DNA of 64,000 nucleotides from Chlorokybus atmophyticus. Its lineage: Eukaryota; Plantae; Mesostigma and Chlorokybus algae. The position numbers and the translations under genes are program-made. The notes beneath the pieces were generated by a model, which worked only from the letters and a program-made list of their open reading frames with translations, did not search any database and was not told where the DNA came from. Positions 55,238-64,000 of the stretch are shown one piece after another. The number at the start of each line of letters is the position of its first letter. The stretch's first letter is position 1. Location: NCBI GenBank assembly GCA_009103225.1, contig RHPI01000772.1, forward strand, positions 735,987-799,986. The letters are read 5' to 3'.

Positions 55238-55819
55238 CAAACAGTGGTTGCTTTGACAGTCGTTGACAGTCTGCGATTGTCAATGCCAACATTGACAGTC
55301 TGTGTGACTGCCAATACGATATGGACAGTCGAGACTGTGTAGTGGACAGCATAAAGTGGACATCTCTACGGATGTCAATGCCAGCACGTACCTGTATACC
55401 AGGCCGTCCCTCATGTAGGCTTTGTAGTCATGCACTATCCGCCGCGACTTGGTGTGGATGGCAATGTTCTCTTGTGTGCAGATGCGTCCGAACAAGGCGT
55501 TGTTCCCTACGTACTGAATGCTGCCTCGTCCAATCAATATGCCTTTCTTTTTGATGTGATGAGAGTGTACCAATGTGGGATATGCTTCCACAAGAGCCCA
55601 TATCTCCTCTGCGTGTCTGATTGTAGCCACCTCATACCAGGTGGACCCGTTGAATTTTGTTTTACTGATTGCTGACAGTGCATTGACGACTCTGTGGTGG
55701 AGCAGCAGGCCTTGTTGACATACACGTGCAAGTGACACGCCAACAACATCAACACAAGAGCATGACTGCAACTGCCATAGCATCCGCACACATGCTACAT
55801 CGTGACCTCTTATCTTCAT

Positions 55820-56141
55820 TGCAACAAGTCTGGGCTTTATACCCCGCCAGTCTCTACACACGTCTACATTAGCAAGCACCGCGTGCGCTATACTCAGCCG
55901 ATTGCTGTTTTGTAAGCTACACTGTCTAGCTCACAACCAGAGCTTTCCAACAAGCTAAGCTACGCCTGCTAAGCTTATGTATCCACGAAGCTACGCGATT
56001 TCTCCCAAGGCTCTACCAAGCAGCCTGGTCCGGAGTCCGTCATGACTCGACCATCTTGCTAAGTCTGGAGCCCACGCGCTTCTTCCTGGTACCTTCGACC
56101 CTCGACTCCTGTATGAAGGGCAAGCTGACCGGATACAAGCA
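55820..56141. mobile_element. Diverged solo LTR related to the Copia LTR family
   Basis: Shares cacacgtctac, gctatactcagcc, acaaccagagctttccaacaagct and ccatcttgctaagtc blocks with the Copia LTR; TG...CA ends; flanks match only imperfectly (tcat/tcac). Confidence 0.6.
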
Positions 56142-58140
56142 TCACCCATGTAATACCTTCAACAGGCCTGACCTCTGATCATCACGCATGACGCCAAAGA
56201 GTCGCACAAACCATCTCCTGACATATCGCTTCATGAAGCTGATCTCGTAGTCTTTACTATTGGATGGGGTGTTGACATACAGCTTCACAGAGCGCCCAAA
56301 GGCGTAGCACAAGAACACATCATGGTGGCCATGTCGACGGATGTTGTCAAGCGGGTGGCAAGTTCCCGCAATGTGCTCCAGAATCTTCTTGTTAGTGCCA
56401 AAGCAAATCTTGCTGTTCACCTTCCAGTATCTGAGCAATGCATTAGCGAGCTCCAGACGGCCGAAATCCCAACCCAAGCGGCGCGAGATGTCAAAGAACA
56501 AGCGAAATATCATGTGGAGGCACATGAGGAGGTCTCTCCTTTCTTCGCTTAGCAGCTTGTGAAAAACATAAGGCACAACAAACTGCACAAAGAGCTGGTG
56601 CTCCTGCGCCTTCCACCATCCAAGGCGACTGCTGAGGCCATGTGGCTAGCGGTTACCATGCCTCAACTCCCTGCCCCATGCGTTTCTCATCACAGTTAGC
56701 CGACTGTCAATCTCAGCCTTGCTGACCTGCTCGTTGCCACCATCCATCAGAGTGCAGGCTGTCAAGCTCTTGGCCAGTCCTTCGGCTAGCGTGTGCATGG
56801 TATCAAAGACCATGTCCTAGCATGGGTCATACTTGTACATTCGCCAAAGCCTCTACAAAAGCGACAGCCCGTTGACGCCATACTTCTTGGCTTTTTCTTT
56901 CGTGCGATTGGGATCTTTTGTGCTTTCAACTTCATCATACAGCTGGTATGTGGCCTCTGCAGTTCTTTTGGCAAATGGATGGCAACTGTGGTAGCGGCTG
57001 CTAGCGCAGTGGAAATCAGACCTGTTGCTCCGAGTTTCTTCAACAACATCGTTGCCAGTGCTGGGATCTTGAGTGACCTTTTTGGTAACAATCGAATACC
57101 GGATATGAGTTGCCAGCAGGCAACAACCCCTGCAACCGCATAAGCCGCCATTCTTGAATTGCCCCATCTCACTTTAAGCGGGATTGTCACCGGCTATGTT
57201 CATGACAATGGCTATGAGGAAAACCTTTTCACCTGCAAAACCCGTTGCAGCAGGACGCATTGCTTTATGGGCAGCGCGTGTGAAGCTATGCGCAGGACAC
57301 AACCGCGACTATCAACATGGACTGTCCCGTACATTAGACAGCTGCACTGCAAAGATAGTCGCTGGTGACAGTCTTCTCAACGCGCAATGGACTCATAAAA
57401 GGTGGCAACCAACAAAGTGCATAATTGTGACAGTCGTTTTTGCACAGCCTTCAATGGACTGTGCTTACTCTGCTCGATTCATTACAATGGGTATTAAGTT
57501 GACAGGCGATGTCGACAGTCACATTCATGACACAGCATTGCGCACGAGGTCTTGTAAACAGACGTATCAAGCGTACCGGCCGATCGATGAGGGAGCTTGA
57601 TGTCCACCTGGCTGGAGTCCAAACCGTAGTGCGTAGGGAAGCCCATGGCGTACAAATCCTCCAACTCATCCAGCATGGGCTTCATAAACGGGTTTAGACA
57701 GTCCTTGTCAGCGTCGAGTAGCTCGTCAACTGGGACAAACACCACGGGCATGATGGAAGAAGCCTGTGAGCTGACGCGCTTGCCTCCGTTGAGTACAACA
57801 ACGTTGATGACAAGGCTGCTCCGCTTTGTAGTTGATGCGCATCTGAAACCATCACTGTGCAGCATGAGCGCAATGTTGCGCGGGTCTCCAGTACACTGCT
57901 GCGCAGCCTCTTCATTGTCATAGGAGCATTCACAATGCCATTTCTGATAACCATCCCTGTGCTGGGACATGTCAATGTCATCATTGTAGCGTCCACAATC
58001 GCATTTGTTTGGCAGAGGAATGGTCTTCGTGCAGTCCTAAAAAGAAGACTGCTCTCTCCACTTGCTGCCATGCCAATCTTCCCATTGAGGCACTGGGGGC
58101 TGGTTAGCTGGCACGCCGAGCCAGGTGTCTTTGTCTCGCC

Positions 58141-61100
58141 TGTTGAAGGACTAGCATGCACATGTAGTTGAGGCAAGCATAGACACACAGAGACAGAGCT
58201 ACCGCCACCAGAGCATACACAAGTCACATCACATTCATCTATTACAAGTTGTCCGCTGGTTCTTATACCAGCCAGTTACACACACGTCTACGTTTGCAAG
58301 CACTGCGTAAGCTATACTTAGCCTTTTTACGCGCTCTAAGCTGCGTTGTCTTTCTTACAATTAAAGCTTTCCAGCAAGCTCTTACACGCCTAATATGAGT
58401 AAGTATACGCGGAGATACAAAGCAGTTAGTAAGGCTCAAGTCAGGAGTCCGGAGTCTGGTCCGACGACGCCATCTTGCTAAGTCCGAACCTAGTGCTCAT
58501 CCTTACGACCTTCTACTCCCGTGTGGAGGGTCGATGCTGATCATATGTAGGAGTGACTCTCAACACTCCCACGCGAGCAGCTTGACCTCCAACGCTTGCT
58601 CCTGTAGTCAAATACAGATGCCAAGTCCTGCGCAACAAGTCTTGAACTTGAGCGGTGACAATGGCTTTGTTATGAAGTCCGCCAGCATGCCCTCAGTGTT
58701 GCAGTACTAGAACTCCACCTCCTTCCTTGTGATTCTGTCACGCACAAAGTGATGCATGACATCAATGTGCTTCGTCCTTGCCGAGGCGATAGGGTGCTTC
58801 AACAACTTGATGGCTCCTTGGTTGTCACAGTTGATGACGATGCACGCCATGGGGTGCTCCAAGTCTGCCATGAGCTTGCGAAGCCAGAGTGCCTCCTTCA
58901 CTGCTGCTGTCGCTGCCATGTATTCAGCCTCTGATGTAGATGCTGCTGTTGTTGGCTGCAGCCTGCTGTTCTAGCTCACCACGCCTCCGTTTAGCTTGAA
59001 GACGTAGCCTGTAGTGGACCTCCTGCTGTTGAGGTCACCAGCAAAATCCGAGTCGCAGTAGCCCTCCAACTCAGTGCTCCCGCTCCCAAACTTGATGCCA
59101 ACTGTTGCACTCCCAGCAACATAGCGTAGTACTCCCTTCGCTGCTCTCCAGTGCTCCATGCTCGGTGCCCACATGTAGCGAGCAAGTACTCCCACAGCAT
59201 GTGCAACATCGGGACGTATGCACACTGCCAGATAGAGCATGCTGCCTACCAGCTCACCATATGGATACTGAGCCTTGTCGAGTACCTCCTCATCCTTTGC
59301 CTTGATGAGGGCAGTGCCAAGTGCCAACGGTGTGGTCTTGGTCTTCGCTTCAGTGAGCCCAAATTTGGTGACGAGTCTTCTCACCATTTGCTCATGACTG
59401 ATCTTGATGGTGCGAGCAGTCCTGTCGCGCTCAATCACCATGCCAAGGAACCACTTGGCCTCCTCAAGATCACGAACTGAGAATGCTTGCTGTAGAGCAA
59501 GTTTCGTCTCCTGCAGGTGGTGCACTTGCCTGGCGGTGATGATGATATCATCAACATACACGAGCAGCCAGACCTTGTTGTCTGCATGGATGAAGAGCCT
59601 AGGGTCTGCAGAGGATGCGGTGAAGCCAAGTGCCTCCAGCTCCTTGGTGAGCTTGATGTGCCACATGCGCGGTGCCTGTCGCAGCCCATACAGTGCCTTG
59701 ATCAGCTTGCACGCTGTGCCTCTCTCCCTTTCTTCATATCCAGGTGGTTGTTCGATGAAGATCTCCTCCTCCAGCTCTTCGTAGAGGAAGGCAGTCTTCA
59801 CATCCAGGTGATGCAGCTCTAGGTCTTCAGCAGCAACCATAGCTAGCAGTGCACGGAAGGTGGTATGCTTACTTGCAGGTGCAAACACTTCGTTGAAGTC
59901 CACACCTTCCTGCTGCAAGAAGCCCTTTGCCACCAGTCTTGCCTTGTAGCGCTCAATGTTGCCCTGACCATCACGCTTCACCTTGAAGACCCATTTCACT
60001 GGAATGGTCTTCACTCCTTGCGGTAACTGCTCCAGTGACCAAGTGTTGTTGGCATGGAGTGACGCAATCTCCTCGTCCATAGCACGCTGCCATTGCTCCG
60101 CATCTGGTGCTAACAATGCCTCCTCGTAGGTGCTTGGCTCCTCATTCTGCACACTGGCGACGTGTGCCTTGTGTAGGAAGTCAGGTGCCTTTCTCTCCCT
60201 CACTGGGTATCTCCGAGCTGCGTGCTCCTGCTGCAGGTGCGACTGCTTGTCTGCTACAGTGGAGTCCTGCTCACCCTTATCGTCGATGATGGCCTTGCCT
60301 GTAGCCTCCACTGTTTCAGGATGCTCCGGCTGTGCTTCATCTTCAGGAAAGAAGCCTGCTTCTGGTTGTGATAATCCCTCGTGGAAAACCACCTCTCTGC
60401 TCACGATGATCTTCTGAGTGTCCTCGAGCAAGATCCTGTAAGCCTTGGAACCCGGTTCATAGCCAACGAAGATGCCCTTCTTGCTGACCGGCTCCAGCTT
60501 GTGCCTGAGCTGTTTAGGCACTAGTGCATATGCCGTGCATCCAAACACACGCATACCACTCACATCTGGTGTGGCTCCATAGAAGTGCTCCCACGGAGTC
60601 TTCTGCTCTGAGCTCACCGGAGACCTGTTGCGGATGTAGTTGGCAGTAAGTACCGCCTCCTTCCACATACTGTCTTCTATCTTGGTGTCATTGAGCATTG
60701 CTCGAACCCATTCCAGGAGTGTCATGTTGAGGCGTTCAGCTGCTCCATTCTGCTGCGGTGTGTAGGGTGCAGTGGTCTCGTGGCGTATGCCCTTGCTGGC
60801 GAAGAACTCCTTCAACTCCTTGTTGATGTACTCCCCTCCTCGATCACTCCTCATTGCCTTCATCTTGTTGCCAGACTAGGTCTCCAACAAGGCCACAACT
60901 GTGCGCACAGCTCCAGCAACTTCTGACTTCAGTGTCAACGGAAAGATGACGGATAGCTTGCTGCAGTCGTCGAGGAATGTAGCAAAGTACCTGACCCCTC
61001 CCTTCGCCACAATGCGCATAGGGCCACAGACATCCATGTGCACAAGCTCGCAAGGATGCTGACTGCTGGAAGAGGATGATAGGAATGGCATAGCATGCTG

Positions 61101-63192
61101 CTTTGCAACCAGGCATGGTTCACAAAGTGCACCTGATGCATTCTTGAGTTCTTCTGTGCTGAGATGGATGCCCTTGACCATCTTCTCAGCGACAAGGCGA
61201 GTGAGGTTGACGTAGCTGAGATGCCCGAACCTTCGATGCCACAATGTTGGCGACTCCTTGTCCTTCACCACCATGGCTTGAATGTCAATGTCCTTTGGGT
61301 GCTGCTTCACGTGTTAGAGCCCTCCCGGATCAGTGATTTCAACCATGTGCACGACCCCATCAAGGATGACTGTGCAGCCACCCTTCCGAAATAGGATCTC
61401 CGCGCCTAAGCGCTCCGCAACCCTCANCCACGTGGTAGAGCCCTCCCGGATCAGTGATTACAACCATGTGCACGACCCCATCAAGGATGACTGTGCAGCC
61501 ACCCTTCCGAAATAGGATCTCCGCGCCTAAGCGCTCCGCAACCCTCACAGAGAATAGACTCGCAATAGCCTTAGGAACATGCAGGACGTTGCATAACAAC
61601 ACCTCGCGTAGTGTGTTACCAACCTTGCACTGGAGTCGTGCGTTGCCAACTCCCTCAGCCACCAGTACTTCACCACCGAAGCCCGCCACCTTGATTATGG
61701 ACATCAGCTTCTTGTAGCCCTCCATCACCTCCGAGGTGATCAAGAAGTCCTTGTTTGGTGTGAGATGACGATCGCAGCCAGAGTCCACCACCCAGAAAGC
61801 TGTGCTCGCCCTCGAACTGGATGCAGTGAAGGCGACATGTTTCTCCTTGTGTTGGTGCTCGTTGCCGCTGTTGCTGGTGCTTGCTCTAGGTTGCCCCTGT
61901 TGTTTCTTCCTACAGTCCTTCACAATGTGCCCTTTCCAACCACACCAGTGGCATGTGAGGTCTTTGTGACGAGGATTGCCTGGCTTGTTGCCCTTGTACT
62001 TCTCTTCATGGTTGCTCTTCTTTGCGTGCTTGCCGGTGTAGAAGGCGACGGCATCCGCTTGCTCGTCCTTCTTCACAACCCTCTGCTCCACGGTGAGCAG
62101 CTTCGGTAGCACATCGTCCAACGTCAACTCCGATGATGACGTCTCCAGCAGGGTTGCGACGACCTCGTACTCTGCTGGTAGCCCTGCAACAATGGCCAGC
62201 ACTACCTCCGTCTCCCCCAGGTTGTAGCCGACGTTGATGAGGTCCGCCCACAGCTCTCTCTCGCGCGCAACATACTTTGTGATGGGTTCTGCTGCCTCCT
62301 TCCTGAGTGCGCTGAGCTGCTTGCGTAGATGCAACTTTCTGGCATTGTTCTTGGCTCTGAAAACGGCTGATAGCTTTTCCCAAGCTTGTCTACCATCTTC
62401 ACATGCAGTGAGCATGGGAAAGTGATGCGGTTTGCTGTTCAACACAAGCAAAGAGTGTGCTTCTGCTGAATGCTCTGACCACACAGTGTTCGCTCCTGGT
62501 GTTGGTGGTGGTGCCTTTGGATCAATGTACTTCCACACCTTCTTGTGGATGAGCAAGGCCTTCATCTCCACGCACCATGTGTTGTAGTTGTCGATGTTCA
62601 GCTTTGCAATCTGCCCCTTGTCGTAGGTCGCCTCCATTTCTGTCGAGCCTGCCTTTCTTGCAGTTGACACCCGAGGCTGTGCTACCAACGAGCTACCGTA
62701 GTGTAGAACCAACCCTATGCACACAAGCTAGTCTCACACTTCTCAAGCGTAGTGTGGGCCCATAACCTGTTGAAGGGCTAGCATGCACATGTAGCTGAGG
62801 CAAGCATAGACACACCGAGACAGAGCTACCGCCACCAGAGCATACACAAGTCACATCACATTCATCTATTACAAGTTGTCCGCTGGTTCTTATACCAGCC
62901 AGTTACACACACGTCTACGTTTGCAAGCGCTGCGTGAGCTATACTCAGCCTTTTTACGCGCTCTAAGCTGTGTTGTCTTTCTTACAACCAGAGCTTTCCA
63001 ACAAGCTCTCACACGTCTAATATGAGTAAGTATACGCGGAGATACGAAGCAGTTAGTAAGGCTCCTGTCTGGAGTCCGGAGTCTGGTCCGACGACGCCAT
63101 CTTGCTAAGTCCGGACCTAGTGCTCGTCCTTACGACCTTCTACTCCTGTGTGGAGGGTCGATGCTGATCGTATGTAGGAATGACTCTCAACA
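58141..63192 (-). mobile_element. Ty1/copia retrotransposon copy 2, TSD TCGCC
   Basis: LTRs 58141-58565 and 62768-63192; TCGCC on both flanks; PBS GGTTATGGGCCC; gag-pol 62637-58608 nearly identical to copy 1. Confidence 0.97.
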
Positions 63193-64000
63193 TCGCCAAG
63201 CAGCAAGGTTGTTATATGCAATAGAAGGTACTTGCAGCCACGGATCGAGCTTTGGACCAATGGGTGTGTACAGAAAGTCAATGCACTCCTTGCGCGTGCG
63301 CCCGCATTGGCCTCCGCACGGCTGTTTCCACAAGCGCTTCACAAGCTTGTGGCGACTGTCATCTGCCTCGTAGCTGTCCTCGCTGTTATCGAACCCGGAT
63401 GGGTAAGCATCTGGAAAGAGATAACTGCATCTCGTGCATGCTGTATATCTGCGACTCTGGCATTCCGATGGAAGTCAGCAATGCATTGACAGCCGTGATG
63501 TCAGCCGGCTGGGAGGGGTTGCGCTGGCCAAGCAAGGCGTGGAGGTCATTTCGCAGCTGACTGTGGTCATAAGTAGGATCCTTGGCAAGCTAAACGATTG
63601 AATCCTCAGCGCCGAAAACAATCTTCAGCACCTTATTGATCAGTGATTGCTGGGCATGAGAGTCCTCCAAGTCTGTCAGCAGTGACATGAACTTATCCAG
63701 CATCTTTTGCGTAGGTGTCTCTGAGGTTTGTTGTTGGCAAGAATTGCCCGGTTGAGGGGTATCGCATTGTGCTGAAGGCATGGGCGGTGGGTGCATACTT
63801 TCTTGCGCCGCCGTGTCCAGTCGCATGTGGGCCATGGCAGTCTCCAAGTCAATCAACTGCCAAAAGAAACGGGCAGTCAACAACTGAAGTATGGTTCACA
63901 ACGTTGCGTGCATAGCAGTGGGCGAACCTGACAGTCGCATGGACAGCCTCAGTGCATGTCCAACAACCGTGCGCGCTATGAGGGAGCATGAGCAACATGA

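Noticed and set aside
61305-61550. ~120-bp tandem duplication inside Copia 2
   Set aside because: An N sits at the junction (~61428) and copy 1 lacks the duplication, so it is most likely a contig-join artefact

Overview
Eukaryotic, intron-containing, transposon-dense window with no rRNA, intact tRNA or CRISPR. A green-lineage (possibly streptophyte algal) origin is inferred from the gene and TE families, not proven. Two paralogues of a secreted Cys-rich root-cap/VWD-like gene (4-2525, intact, 8 exons; 31096-33761, frameshifted) bracket a ~28 kb TE cluster. That cluster holds a decayed Helitron RepHel with a GIY-YIG remnant, a 10.76 kb Ty3/gypsy-type element (13666-24421, TSD GTTC), a tRNA-box-containing mini LTR-like unit, a truncated sister gag-protease and a tyrosine-recombinase remnant next to three 1-nt-loop palindromes. 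The Ty3 element is the standout. It carries a DNMT3-like C5 methyltransferase between protease and RT, a PHD finger after integrase and a Tf1-type self-priming site. Its LTRs are split/permuted (B-internal-A-gc-B-A), the layout expected if a 2-LTR circle were opened by DDE integrase at an att site inside the LTR. The right half holds a 2.07 kb non-autonomous CMC/CACTA-like element (TIR CACACGGATTGACGT, TSD TTG). It also holds a large same-family element starting at 39196 and probably running past the window end, with a Tnp2-like transposase and an apparent SET-domain cargo gene, hit by two full Copia copies and solo LTRs.
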